Counted from the stretch's first letter, positions 11,265 to 22,553 are shown. The stretch is DNA of 64,000 bases from an uncultured delta proteobacterium (GCA_963803975.1 CAWDOY010000039.1:30911-94910), one strand, 5' to 3'. Translations and numbers: made by a program. The notes: generated by a model not told the origin, from the sequence alone.

Positions 11265-11554
11265 TAAATCTCCTTTATGCCGGGGTGTTGGTCAAAACAG
11301 GCGCCGGTTTTTTTCTGGCATGTATGTCCTGCTGCGCAACATTAGCACACAAAAAAAGCAGGGGCTTATTAATAATCAACAGAGGTCCCCTGCCGGTGTA
11401 AATGCATATATATGGTTGGCGGGAATGAGTCAAGGAATTAGTGCGGGGTTGTGAAAGGTGCAAAGTGAAAAGGGAAGGTGAAAAAGGCAAAGGGTATAAA
11501 GGCACAAAGTAATTTCGGGACTGAAAGCTGATAGCTATTACTCAGTTACAAGCT

Positions 11555-12473
11555 TCAGCTTTTGGCAGCAGGTGGTGCCTCTCCCCGGGCATGGCTGCAG
11601 AAGTCTTCAAGATATTTGGCAAAGCTTCCCTGCTGCACGGCAAATATTTTTTCCATCTCCGTTATGTCGCAGGTGCTGCCTCCGGTAAATGCCGATACCA
11701 GGCCACGCGCATTGTAGCGGCAGTTGGTTGCAAAATCGATGCATCGAGGCAATAAAATTTGTCAGCGGCAGGGGGATAAAAACAAAGCGGACTGGTTTGC
11801 CGATGGCCTTGCGAAAAAGCTCCTGGAACGAGATAAAATCATACTCCTCCTTGCCTGCCACCTCGATCACCCGGCACGATGCTTTCTGATTATCAAGTGC
11901 GTCAGCCATGCACCACGCCAGGTCTGCCAGCAAGATCGGCCGTATTTTCTCGTGCGGCTTCATAAAAAGAGGGGCCCAGCCCTTTTTGATGAGGCGGCGA
12001 CCGAGCAATAACGACATGTCCGTGGCAAGGGTGGTGACCCTGAACACCGTGTAGTCAATCCCGCTCACGGCCAGCAGGTCTTCCACCACCTTTTTTATTT
12101 TACCGTGCTCAAAGTTGCCGAACTTGGCAAGGCCCCAGTAGCTGACAAAGATAAACTTTTTAACCCCTGCTTCACGGGAACATTTAATCAGGGAAAGGTT
12201 GCCCTCGTAATCATTCTCCCAGAGCGTTGCCGCGCTCCGGTCCTTTACAATATTGGTGGCAAAACTGCTGATGACCGCATCAACGTTATGCAGCGCGGCG
12301 GATAGAACCTTCCTGTCTCTCAAGCTTCCGCGGATGATCTCGACCCCCGTCTTTTCAAGCCGTATTGTATCAGAGTCCTGCCGGACAAAGCACCGTACCT
12401 TTTTGCCTCTTTTAAGCAGCTCTTCGACGACCGTGGTGCCAAGAAGCCCTGTTGCTCCGACGCAGAGAATCAT
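11555..12473 (-). CDS. atypical SDR / NmrA-like NAD(P)-binding oxidoreductase (frameshift ~11740)
   Basis: MILCVGATGLLG, AGVKKFIFVS, SGIDYTVFR. Confidence 0.88.
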
Positions 12474-12522
12474 GATTGTGCACCTCCTGGTTGCATATAC
12501 ATCTGCATCTAATGACGGGCAG

Positions 12523-12547
12523 AGCTGACAGCTGATCGCTGACAGCT
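12523..12547 (+). repeat. degenerate heptamer tandem repeat (consensus AGCTGAC); representative of at least 9 intergenic copies
   Basis: AGCTGAC AGCTGAT CGCTGAC AGCT; related arrays at 11521, 30917, 31764, 40243, 45695, 46962, 61777, 62252. Confidence 0.8.
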
Positions 12548-12561
12548 TTTTTAATTACTGC

Positions 12562-13768
12562 TCATGCCGTCTGATGCAGCGCGGTTTTTCCCTGGAGGAG
12601 AAACCGGATGCCTTCATCAAGCCCTTCCAGGGTCAGCTCAAACATGGGGAACAGCTCCCGTATCATGAGAATTGATTTTACCGAAGCCCAGCGTCGCGGC
12701 GGCAGCGGGTTGAGCCAGATCACGTCCCGGAAGGTGTCGCGCAGCCGCTGCAGCCAGACAATCCCCGGCGTATCATTATGATACCAGTAGTCCACTGCGC
12801 CGTTTACCCAGGTCAGCTCGGATGGCGCCATTTCGGCATCACCGACGATAATCACCTTGTAATCCGGCTCCACGGCTTTAAAAAAATCGAGCGTCGGGAT
12901 GGTGCTGTCGCCCTCCATGTCGGTGCGCAAATCCTGGTAGATGCAGTTGTGAAAATAGAAGTGCCTGAACCTGCTGATCTGGGCTGCCGCTGCAGAGAAG
13001 AGCTGCTCGACCATTTCTGAGTACGGGGTCATGGAGCCGCCGGTGTCCATAAAGAGAATCACCTTGGAGCCCTTCTTGACCCGGCCTTCCCATACCAGCT
13101 CAATCTCCCCGGCGTTTTTGCAGGTGGCGTCGATCGTGGCGTGAATATCGAGCTTGTCGCCCTCGCCCGCGGGCAGCAGCGAGCGCAGGTGCGACAGGGC
13201 CACCTTCATCTGGCGGGTGTCAAGCGTCCGGTCGCTCGAATAATTTTTAAACGCCCGGCGCTCTGCCACCTGCACGGCGCGTCTGGTTGCGCGAAATGCC
13301 CTGGCCGATGCGGATGCCTGCCGGGTTATATCCCCAGGCGCCCTGCGTTGACGTGCCGCTGGTGCCGATGGCCCGGCTGCCGCCGTAATCGCTTGAATAA
13401 TCCCTGTCGTTGCGCTGCTCGATGAGCTGGCGCTCGAAATTTTTCAGGACTTCATCAAGGTCAAGCTCTTTAAGCTCTCTTTTTTCCTCATCAGTCAAGC
13501 GCAGGTCTCGCGTCTGGCGCAGGCAGGCAAGCACGCGCTCAAGAAGCTCATCAGTGGTCTCAATTCCGGCAAAGGTATCCAGAAACGCGACGTCATAGCG
13601 GTCGAAGTAGATCTCACTTTTGACCAGGATGGAGCGCGCGACGTGGTAGAAGCGGGTCAGGCTGCAGTCGCTCAAATTCGCGGCAAGGGCCCGGTGCAGC
13701 GTCATCCACTCGTGCAGGGTGACCGGCACGCCCCTGGCCTTGAGGTTCAGGAAAAAATTAATAAACAC
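12562..13768 (-). CDS. vWA (CoxE-like) protein, MoxR partner (frameshift ~13285)
   Basis: MFINFF..LKARGVPV..EW..L N-terminus; MDTGGSM, YFHNCIY, IIVGDA.M.P.EL, WLNP. Confidence 0.88.
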
Positions 13769-14612
13769 GCCGCGACCTCTTGCTGGTTGAATAGGAATAG
13801 TGGGGGTCTGCGGAGTTGTTCACCAGGTCCTGGTCCTCTTTTTTCTTTAAAAGCGTGCCCACAAACGGCAGCTCCTTTTCAATTTTGGCGGACGGCACGC
13901 CGCCGATAATCAGTGCCTGCAGCCAGTCAAGCAGCTCGCTCGTCGAGGGCTTTTTGCGCAGCAGGTCAAACTGACGGATCCAGTAGAACTTCTTCAAGGC
14001 TTCTCGCAGCAGCCGCGTCTCAAGAGCGGGGAAATGCACAGCCACGATCTCTTCCATCAGCTGCTGGTCCGGGAATTCGATATAGTGAAAAACGCAGCGG
14101 CGCAGGAACGGGTCGGGAAGCTCTTTTTCGCTGTTGGAGGTGATGATGACAATCGGCCGGTGTTTGGCTGCAATGGTCTCCCCGGTCTCCGGGATATAGA
14201 AGCTCATCTCGTCCAGCTCGTTCAACAGGTCATTGGGGAATTCAAGCTCTGCCTTGTCTATCTCGTCAATGATAAGCACCACCTGCTCTGAAGAGGCAAA
14301 CGCCTCGCCCAGCTTGCCGAGCCTGATGTACTGGCTGATGTCAGAGACATCACGGTCGCCGAAGCGCGCGTCATTCAGGCGCTTGACCGTGTCATACAGA
14401 TAGAGCCCTTCCTGGGCCTTGGTGGTTGACTTGATGTTCCAGGTGTAGAGCTTTTTCCCCAGGCCCTTGGCAATTGCCTGAGCCAGCAGGGTTTTCCCGG
14501 TGCCCGGCTCGCCTTTAACAACCAGCGGCCGTCCCAGGGCAATGGAAACATTGACGCTGTCCCGCAGCTCAGCTGAGATGACATAGGTGTCGGTTCCTTT
14601 AAAATAGTCCAT
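13758..14612 (-). CDS. MoxR-family AAA+ ATPase
   Basis: VKGEPGTGKT, IIDEIDKA, IITSNSEKELPDPFLRRC; start moved to MDYF (or MKAM at 14621) because the promoter overlaps the ORF-track start. Confidence 0.93.
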   Translation of the reverse strand: MDYFKGTDTYVISAELRDSVNVSIALGRPLVVKGEPGTGKTLLAQAIAKGLGKKLYTWNIKSTTKAQEGLYLYDTVKRLNDARFGDRDVSDISQYIRLGKLGEAFASSEQVVLIIDEIDKAELEFPNDLLNELDEMSFYIPETGETIAAKHRPIVIITSNSEKELPDPFLRRCVFHYIEFPDQQLMEEIVAVHFPALETRLLREALKKFYWIRQFDLLRKKPSTSELLDWLQALIIGGVPSAKIEKELPFVGTLLKKKEDQDLVNNSADPHYSYSTSKRSRRVY

Positions 14613-14680
14613 GGCTTTCATTCCTTCCTTCTGTCCGGATGAGAGATTGTCAGCAGTGTGTGAGGCTGCAAAGAGATGCA

Positions 14681-14709
14681 AGTATAGAAAATCCCGGGCC
14701 GGGTGTCAA
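14681..14709 (-). promoter_or_regulatory. sigma70 promoter of the moxR-vWA operon
   Basis: Minus strand TTGACA-17 nt-TATACT. Confidence 0.7.
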
Positions 14710-14973
14710 AAGGAAAGAACTGGGAACAGGGTCTGGGGGTTAGTGGTTGGGGATTAGTGATTGGAGATTGTCGGCATGCGCACTGTGAAAATTAGTGACC
14801 AGTGAGCCGTGTCTCGTGTAATAAAACGAAAAATTACATGGAGGTAAAGATTGAAGAAATTTATTTAATTGTAATAACTTAGATTGAATATGACAGCAGT
14901 ATAGCACTGAATAGCTTTGCTCAATGCAGCCCCCGCTTTAAATTCAGCAAAAGCAACAAGGCTATAAATACTA

Positions 14974-15579
14974 TTATGACATAACCTTAAAATACCCCAG
15001 CTTTTCTTCAAGCCTTTTGCCCTGCTCATTGAGGTCATTCATTCTTTTGTTTAACTCATCAGTTGATAAATGATTGACCGTATCTTTACAGTTTAAAATT
15101 GATTTATTTAAATGTGCCTGCGCCTCCTGGATTGCAGCCAGCTTTTCCCTGAGACTTGCAAGCATTTGATTGATATTATCCGTTTCTCTATACAGGTAAT
15201 CATATTTTCGGAGCTGGATGGGAGCCGGCACGACACCCTCTTTAATTGCCTTAAAAATAAGATTGAAGCGATAGATCGGCCCGGTTATTCTGTGAGAGAT
15301 GAAAATGGAGTGGCAACCCACAGCAACAAGGGACAATAATAATGCAAGCCAGGATTTCTTAAACAGGTACAGGATCTGGTTTGCTGCAATGAGCACATTG
15401 TCTGAAGATATGCTTGATTTATCCAGTTCTATCAGCAGCGAGGTAAACAAAAACAGCCCCACAACAGCACAGAAGAGAAGCACGTAACTAAATGATATGA
15501 GCATAAGTGCTAATTGCAATTTTCCATAGACAATATATTTTCTTCTTTTAAAAATTCCGGGCATCAGATTTTTTAACAT
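14974..15579 (-). CDS. HAMP-domain membrane protein (SHRIxGP type)
   Basis: KRRKY N-terminus, two TM helices, ISHRITGPIYRF...LRKYD, C-terminal coiled coil; GGAGG RBS. Confidence 0.8.
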   Translation of the reverse strand: MLKNLMPGIFKRRKYIVYGKLQLALMLISFSYVLLFCAVVGLFLFTSLLIELDKSSISSDNVLIAANQILYLFKKSWLALLLSLVAVGCHSIFISHRITGPIYRFNLIFKAIKEGVVPAPIQLRKYDYLYRETDNINQMLASLREKLAAIQEAQAHLNKSILNCKDTVNHLSTDELNKRMNDLNEQGKRLEEKLGYFKVMS

Positions 15580-15918
15580 TTGATTTCCTCCAGATAACCT
15601 CTACAAAACCATAGGGGACCCATTAAAGGTTCCTTGTCAAGAGAATAGTCTTCCCCTGTGACAAAAAGCTCTACTGTTTTGCCTTGGGAAAACCATCGTG
15701 CAGCAAGGCAGTCTCCGTTTTTTCTCCCGTTATTTCTTTTATTCTGTAGATAACGGAATAACCATTCCGTTCCAGTCACCCATCTGGCTCAAGGCAGATA
15801 CAATAATTCCCGCACGTAAAGTCATTTTTACCCCCGCCCCAGATATATCCCCGAGGGGAGATCTGCGTTTGTAGGGCAACTATGAAAGCCTGTTTTTTCT
15901 AAAACCTGCTTTTTAACA

Positions 15919-17409
15919 TCAGAAAAGAATTCCCCTCGGTGCAGCAAGCTTTGGACCATACAGCATTTTCTGACCATAGACCTGTAATTTATAGTAGTAG
16001 GTTATGTTACGCTTCACTTGTTCATCGTCAAATGTGTACAATGCCCCCTTAGCGGAAGAGCCCTTGGCCTTGATAAGCTCATTATTAATTTTCACATATG
16101 TTCCATCAATTGTTTCTGAACGGTATATATTAAAGCCCTTATTCTTGTTTTCATTTTTAGTAACCCACAACAGGGTCACTTTTGAACGGCGAGGTAGTGC
16201 AAAAAAAGAGCGCATTTCAATAACAGGCTCAAAAAGTTTATTCTCATAGAAATACACTTCGTTTTCTGTTGAACCAGTGACAACCAGATCAAGATCACCA
16301 TCCCCGTCAAAATCACTTAAAGAATTATCTCCTGGTCCTTTCACCGTATCGTCAATAATATGTTCAGTAAAATTCATCCTGCCATTTATCATGCTCCCTT
16401 CGAGCCAGGATATTTTTGAGAGCGCTGTGCCGCCAGTCATGGGGAAGGATGATACAACTATGTCAGGTATGCCGTCAGCATTTATGTCACCGGTGGATAA
16501 ATCCATACCAGCAATGTTTTCTGCAAGTACATGTTTTGTCCATGTACCATTACTCTCTGATGGAGCCTCATACCAGAACACGGTGGGCACTGAAATATTA
16601 GTCGCTATCACATCTTTTTTACCGTCGCCGGTAATATCAAGACAGAAGGAATCAAAGGTTCCTGAAACACTATCAATAGCGTTTCTCTTAAACACAAAAG
16701 ATGCATTGTTATATGCAACATCAATATATTCAATGTTACCAGAGAGCGCGTTTGAGCTCAAAATATCAACGTTTCCATCACCGTTAATGTCATCAAGGTT
16801 AATATATACGCCGGTTCCATCTGCTAACGAATGCTGTTCCCATGTAGCATTAACACTGTCAGGATTTCCAGGATTAAGAAAAATGACAGCTCGCTTATAA
16901 CCTCCAGCTATTATGTCTTGAAAGCCATCATTATTGAAATCAAACAAAAGTATTGTTGCAAAGGAGTTCCCTGCATCCTCTTCTATCTGAAAGCGCTGCC
17001 ATATCCCGCTTGAGGCATCCACAGGTGCTTTGTACCAGTATATAGTCCCTGCAAGCGTTGCCACTGCCACATCTATACGCCCATCGTTATCAATGTCTCC
17101 TGCAGTAATACCGTTAGCGTTCTTAACTGTATCTTCCATGGGGTCATGTGCGTTAATAAGTATTTTATCCCATGCAGCGCCACCGCCATTGTTGCGAAAC
17201 CAGGCAATTTCTGAATTATATTCACCCGGGTGATAGTCGGTTGTTGTCAATACATCAAAGTCTCCATCCCCATCAATATCCTCTACATAGAGATACGCCG
17301 GGTGGAGTTGATACATGCTTTGTTTTTTCCACCCATCTGAAATCCCACCATATGCAATTGAAACAAAAAAGCATATTGCAGTTTGTAAAAGAAAAATTTT
17401 CTTTATCAT
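15919..17409 (-). CDS. secreted FG-GAP/VCBS beta-propeller protein with C-terminal Ig/FnIII-like module
   Basis: Signal peptide MIKKIFLL...AYG; seven DxDGDGxxD-type motifs; C-terminal VTLLWVT.NE..NKGFNIYRS module. Confidence 0.9.
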   Translation of the reverse strand: MIKKIFLLQTAICFFVSIAYGGISDGWKKQSMYQLHPAYLYVEDIDGDGDFDVLTTTDYHPGEYNSEIAWFRNNGGGAAWDKILINAHDPMEDTVKNANGITAGDIDNDGRIDVAVATLAGTIYWYKAPVDASSGIWQRFQIEEDAGNSFATILLFDFNNDGFQDIIAGGYKRAVIFLNPGNPDSVNATWEQHSLADGTGVYINLDDINGDGNVDILSSNALSGNIEYIDVAYNNASFVFKRNAIDSVSGTFDSFCLDITGDGKKDVIATNISVPTVFWYEAPSESNGTWTKHVLAENIAGMDLSTGDINADGIPDIVVSSFPMTGGTALSKISWLEGSMINGRMNFTEHIIDDTVKGPGDNSLSDFDGDGDLDLVVTGSTENEVYFYENKLFEPVIEMRSFFALPRRSKVTLLWVTKNENKNKGFNIYRSETIDGTYVKINNELIKAKGSSAKGALYTFDDEQVKRNITYYYKLQVYGQKMLYGPKLAAPRGILF

Positions 17410-17454
17410 ATCGTTTGCCTCCTCGTCTTGCAAAACCTTCTAACCTTAATATCA

Positions 17455-19711
17455 TTACTGAGGGAGAATACCCCAGATAAGACGTGGGGTGGCAACAGCA
17501 GGGCCGTACTTTCTGGTCCGTACCGGATTCTTCACCGCTTCCACCATATAAAAATATTTTGTCCCGTTCTCAAGGTTTTTATCTATAAACTGGTAGCGCT
17601 TTAAACTTCCACTACCTCCCTGTGGTGGAATCAGTTCATCATTTATTTTCTCATACTCTCCATCAGCGCTGCTTGCCCGATAGACATTAAATCCCTTGTT
17701 GCCAGCCTCATTACTCGTTACCCAGGTAAGTTTTACGGCGCTGTTGCGTGGCGCTGCACGAAAGAAGTTAAGGTCAATAATGTCCGGCAGATTGATTGCT
17801 TCAATTATTGCTTTGGCTCCTGCTTCCACAAGCAATTCCCTGCCCACCCCCTGGTTATTGCCAAGAAACGTACCGCATAGTATGACCCTGGTTGGTTTTT
17901 CCTTACTTCCCTTATAAACCGGGGAGTTGCTGCTGCAGGTCTTCGGATCCTTTAAACATCCGGGAGGACCGGGCCAGCCAGTCCCATCAAACACCTTCAC
18001 CGTAAAACCCTCTTCATCAATATCAGCAGGGTTATACTTTGTGCCATCTGCATCAGCTTTATCACGTGCATAACTATTCTGACTGAATATATTATTACCT
18101 AAAGCCTCCTCCCGTGTCCCCCACCAAACATCGGTATCATCAGTAAAAAAATAGCCGTGGAGCACTATGATAGTATCAAAATTACTAATCCCGTTATCTA
18201 TTGTTTCTCCCAAAGCATTAACATACGTACCATTAATTGATGTATCTATTGTTTCCCCTACACTTATTACATTGCCAAATGGCTTATCAGTACCCGGCGG
18301 GTCAAAGGTGGACCCTTCTGAATATTTAAATGGGGCGGTAACCAGTTCAAATTTACCATCCCACGAAAAATTATCTTTAATCCTTTTGCGTGCTCTGGTC
18401 ACTACATCATCTGCCATCCGGTAATAACAATCACAGGCCTGGGCATTCTTATAGCCATTATAATAGCCGTATTGCGCAAGAATAACCTTCAATGAGCTAT
18501 CCTTTGAAATATTATATTTACTGATTGTATACTCAAGCATCGCAAGCACTGCAGATTCATACTCTTCAAAATTGCCAAAGGCACGGGTAAATCTTAAATC
18601 TATAGTCGCTTTATTGGTTTCAGCAAAATATTTTGCCAAGGGTAACGGATGTTTCCAGTGCTTTTCCCATGGCTTGTTTGAGAGATAGGCATTCAGATCT
18701 TCTGTCGCAGCTGGACCTGCCCCGTCGTTTATATCTTCAACGCACTCCTTGAACGTCTTCCCAGGCACATTGCTTATTCCCGCATCGTTGTTGTCATACC
18801 AGTCGTGTCCATATTGGGTTAGATTTGCATGAAGAACCTCTGGAAATGAAACAATAATTTTTTCCACCTGCTCTTTATTAATAAGCTCATCAATAGCTGT
18901 CTCTATACTGTCAGGCCACTTTTGGGGCTTCCCATAGATATCTACATTTTCACGATAGGTATCCCATGCACGGCGGTATACAAACCGATACTGTGGCATT
19001 AATTCCTGCAGTCGATCTTTGATGTTGAGCAGTTCCGGGTCGTCAGGGGGATAATCCGGCGCATCATTCCCGAACCACCATTTTTCAAGCTGTTTTCTGT
19101 AGGGAATTTTATTGTTTGGCTCCCGCGAATATAATTCCATCAAAGAGAAACCGTCTAATTCCAGAAAATCCGCAATCCCGATTCCGGTCTCCGGCAGGGT
19201 CATCCACATGAGGCCCCCATATCTTTGCCCCGGTCTTTGGATCAATGGTGCTGTGGCCAAATGCCAAGGGAGCCCAGGGAATCGGAATACCAGCTGCAAA
19301 ACAGTCATCCTCAAAATCTGCAATACCATTGCCACTCGCATCTTGCAGGTGATCAATCAGTGTATGTATCGGGTAGGAGCCGGCATACTGGTTGCAGAAA
19401 ACATCTATGGTCGTTCCCTCGTCCACGCCGCAGATGGCAGCCTCAGCTTCATTTGCATAGTGGATGAGGGTGTAACAGGTCTTTCCCTCAAGCGGCCCGC
19501 CGGCAAAAAATCCCGGATCAAAAAAATCAAATAATCCATTGAAGTATTGTGGAATCCAGTCAGGCGCGTATTCATCAGCGGTACCGGCATGAAGAAATAA
19601 TATCCCAATATTCTTTTTCTGTGCACTGTCAGCTGATGAAGTCACACATAAGAAAGCAGCGCACAGCAGAAGCATTGCTAATGACCGCTTTACCGTTTTT
19701 TTGTTAAACAT
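17455..19711 (-). CDS. secreted protein with putative chelatase-like fold and the same C-terminal module (frameshift ~19195)
   Basis: ORFs 19109-19711 (signal peptide, IGILFLHAGT) and 17455-19356 join in one shift; C-terminal VKLTWVTSNEAGNKGFNVYRA. Confidence 0.75.
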
Positions 19712-19994
19712 ATTTCCACTCTTTTTTTGGTATTATTTTTACAATAAAAAAACTCCACCAGCGCCCAGGCCGATAGAGGTCAATTTTAATCTTTCTTGAA
19801 ATTATCTGCAGCAGTATTCCTGACCATAGGATACCTCTGATCATTGTGATTAAATAATACGCATCTTATGAAAGAAATTCAACTATAATCTTTACCCAAT
19901 TTATTATAATTATAAGCAAGACTACTAAGCGGATATAGTGTGGTGGGCATTAAACGCGTATTTTTTTGTATCTTCATGCTCCCGCGGATGGCTA

Positions 19995-21035
19995 TTATCT
20001 GTGCCCGGCCATGTACGCCTCGCGTGCGGCGTAATACTGTTTTCCTGCTTCACGGATGCGCTCCCGGATGGGCAGCTCATAGGGGCAGCGTTTTTCACAT
20101 TCGCCGCAGTCGATACAGTCGGGGATCTTCTGCATGAATTTATCCCACTCGCCTTTGAATATGCGCTCAGGGTCAAAGCGGGTGAGCGCCACCGGGGTGT
20201 ACATGATGGCTGATATCAGGATCTGCTGCGGGCAGGGCTGGCAATAGTTGCACATCCGGCAGAATCCGCTGCCAAGCTCTTTGCGGATGCGCTCCATGTC
20301 CTTCAGCTCCTCCGCGGTAAGCGGTTCAGCTGCTTCAACAATCCGTATTACCTCTGCCATTTCTCCCGGCCGGGCAATGCCGATAAGCGTTAGCGTATCC
20401 GTGAACTGCTGCAGGTACTTAAAGGCGAGCACCGGTTTTTCAAGCATGCCCCCGGCCATGGGCTTCATGATGATTATGCCGATGTCACGCTCGCGCGCCA
20501 GCGGTATGAGCTCTTCTGCTGCCTCGGTGTTGACAAAGTTAAGCCCTATCATGACGGTTTCAAAGCAGTCAGTGAGAAGCGCCTCTTTGGCCACTGAAAG
20601 GCGGTGTGAGGTGATGCCGATGTGCCGCACTTTTCCGGCATCGCGGGCCTTGCGCACGACCTCGTAGGGCCCTCCGGGGGCAAACACTGCCTGCAGGTTT
20701 TCTTCAGAGCTTACATTGTGAAACTGATACAGGTCAACATAGTCGGTCCGCAGGTTTTTCAGGCTGGTCTCAAGATCAGCCGCAACCGCTTCCCCGGTGC
20801 GCGAGGCTGACTTGGTAGCAAGCACCAGATCCTCTCTCCGGCCGGCGATGGCTTTCCCGATGCGCTCTTCGCTATTGGTGTACATGCGCGAGGTGTCAAT
20901 AAAGTTTATTCCCAGGTCAAGGCTCTCCTGCACGAGGCGTATTGCCGTTTCCTCGGGCGGGGTCTGAATGGGTATGCCGCCAAAACCTATTTTAGTAACC
21001 TTTAAACCGGTCTTACCCAGCCGGATTTTTTCCAT
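19995..21035 (-). CDS. aldo/keto reductase with C-terminal 4Fe-4S dicluster
   Basis: LGKTGLKV..IGFGG, GINFIDTSRMY, CRMCNYCQPCP, CIDCGECEKRCP. Confidence 0.93.
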   Translation of the reverse strand: MEKIRLGKTGLKVTKIGFGGIPIQTPPEETAIRLVQESLDLGINFIDTSRMYTNSEERIGKAIAGRREDLVLATKSASRTGEAVAADLETSLKNLRTDYVDLYQFHNVSSEENLQAVFAPGGPYEVVRKARDAGKVRHIGITSHRLSVAKEALLTDCFETVMIGLNFVNTEAAEELIPLARERDIGIIIMKPMAGGMLEKPVLAFKYLQQFTDTLTLIGIARPGEMAEVIRIVEAAEPLTAEELKDMERIRKELGSGFCRMCNYCQPCPQQILISAIMYTPVALTRFDPERIFKGEWDKFMQKIPDCIDCGECEKRCPYELPIRERIREAGKQYYAAREAYMAGHR

Positions 21036-21074
21036 GAATGTATGCCTCCTGATATAATGAGCGGGCTGCGCCTG

Positions 21075-21461
21075 TTACCGTTGTTTTTTTCGCCGGATAC
21101 GGAGCCTGTCCAGATTAAGCTGTGCTTCGGCAACACCATTCTGCGCCTTGCCGAACACCTCGCTCATGACCGTGAATACCTTTTCCAGTTCACCGCACAC
21201 GTAATCAGCACAGTCCGCACAGGTTTCAAGCCCCTTCTCCCGGCAGCAGCGCCGGATTTCACACATGCTGCAGTAGCCGAGATGCTCACCGTCTTCAAGA
21301 CAGCCGACGCAATTGATCCGCTCCGGAGGGATCTCCATGCCGTAGAACTCCGACTGCTCGGCTGCGTAACTGCGCCGCAGCTCATCATTGTTTTCTATGG
21401 TGGCGATGTAAGCGGGGCACTTTGAGCACTCGACCCCGCAATAGCCAAGCATGTATTTCAT
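21075..21461 (-). CDS. DUF3795-family Cys-rich protein
   Basis: YCGVECSKCPAY...CVGC...CSMCEIRRCC..KG..TCADC.DY.C. Confidence 0.85.
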   Translation of the reverse strand: MKYMLGYCGVECSKCPAYIATIENNDELRRSYAAEQSEFYGMEIPPERINCVGCLEDGEHLGYCSMCEIRRCCREKGLETCADCADYVCGELEKVFTVMSEVFGKAQNGVAEAQLNLDRLRIRRKKQR

Positions 21462-21495
21462 ACGTACAACTCCTTCTGGTATTGTGAGTATTGGG

Positions 21496-21855
21496 TTAAA
21501 ACCCCGGACGCGGCGTCAGGGAGACCGATAGAACCCAGCTCACAATACTGATGAGAATCGATCCTAAAATTCCTCCCCCCAAACCGCTGATATAAAACCC
21601 CGGCACAATAAACGAAACCAGCCCCAGCAGCAGTCCATTCAGAATCAGCAGAAAGAATCCAAAGGTTACCACGGTCAGGGGCAGCGTCAGGAAAATAAGG
21701 ATGGGCCGGATTACAGCATTAATTATTCCGAGGATGAAAGACGCGACAAGAGCTGCTGCAAAACCATCCACCCGCATGATCCCCGGGAAGAGATACGCGA
21801 TGATCATCATAGCAACCATATTTATTATAACGCGGGCTATAAACATAACAGACAT
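21496..21855 (-). CDS. YvlD / 4-TM holin-family membrane protein
   Basis: LGIINAVIRPIL..LTLPLTVVTFGFF..ILN. Confidence 0.88.
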   Translation of the reverse strand: MSVMFIARVIINMVAMMIIAYLFPGIMRVDGFAAALVASFILGIINAVIRPILIFLTLPLTVVTFGFFLLILNGLLLGLVSFIVPGFYISGLGGGILGSILISIVSWVLSVSLTPRPGF

Positions 21856-21974
21856 ACCCTCTTTCAGACCGGGAAAAACAACTTTTTCAACAAACTGCTT
21901 TGCATGTTTCCCGGGTTAATGTGTTGGCTTCCCTGCATCAGGCCGCGGGGAAGCCAAGGAGCGCGGTCAATGCA

Positions 21975-22553
21975 TTATTCCCAGGGGCAGTTCCATGAAT
22001 CAGGATTTACTCCGGGAGCTGTCCACAGGGCACGCTTGATCCCCTTAACCATGTTAAAATACTGCATCATTTCAGGAACGATTTTGGTAACAATGAGAAA
22101 GTCCGGAATTACTGTCTGACCAAAATCAGCCAACTGCCTCTCCACATGCAACAGTTCGCACCCGCGCTGCCACTCTTCATCACCTTTATGAAAGACCTGC
22201 GCATTTCCCCACATCCGCAGGCCGCGGGTTGATTTGTAGCCGAAGTAGGGAGAGATAAGGCCCACACTGCAGCGCGCGTTGCGCTCAATAAACATCTTCT
22301 TCCACTCTATCACCTTATTCTTTTCCCCTGCGTGATAGAACGTATGGCTCATGCCTTCGGACACCACATAAAGGGTTGCTCCATCATTGCGATATTCAAC
22401 CGGGATGGCCCGGGGCACATTATTATAGGCCAGGGCGAGAGTACAGATGTTATTTATTTCAAGATATTCAACAATTTCCCGGTACAGCTCTTCCTGAGTG
22501 AGTGTTTTTTTCGCTACAGCTTTTTTTTCAGGTTCTGCCATGCTCTTCTCCAA
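21975..22553 (-). CDS. pyridoxamine-5'-phosphate-oxidase-like split-barrel protein
   Basis: CTLALAYNNVPRAIPVEY, K...IERN.RCSV, GLRMWGNA. Confidence 0.75.
   Translation of the reverse strand: MEKSMAEPEKKAVAKKTLTQEELYREIVEYLEINNICTLALAYNNVPRAIPVEYRNDGATLYVVSEGMSHTFYHAGEKNKVIEWKKMFIERNARCSVGLISPYFGYKSTRGLRMWGNAQVFHKGDEEWQRGCELLHVERQLADFGQTVIPDFLIVTKIVPEMMQYFNMVKGIKRALWTAPGVNPDSWNCPWE

Noticed and set aside
10937..11540. Short repeats as a CRISPR array
   Set aside because: Units are 7-nt degenerate tandems with no constant repeat-spacer period and no cas genes.
15590..15790. Possible c-di-GMP-I riboswitch upstream of the HAMP gene (GGCAAAAC on the minus strand)
   Set aside because: The GAAA-capped stem and GCAAAGC element that should follow are absent.
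21496..21855. Holin-family gene as a sign of prophage
   Set aside because: This YvlD-type family is commonly chromosomal and no phage genes are nearby.
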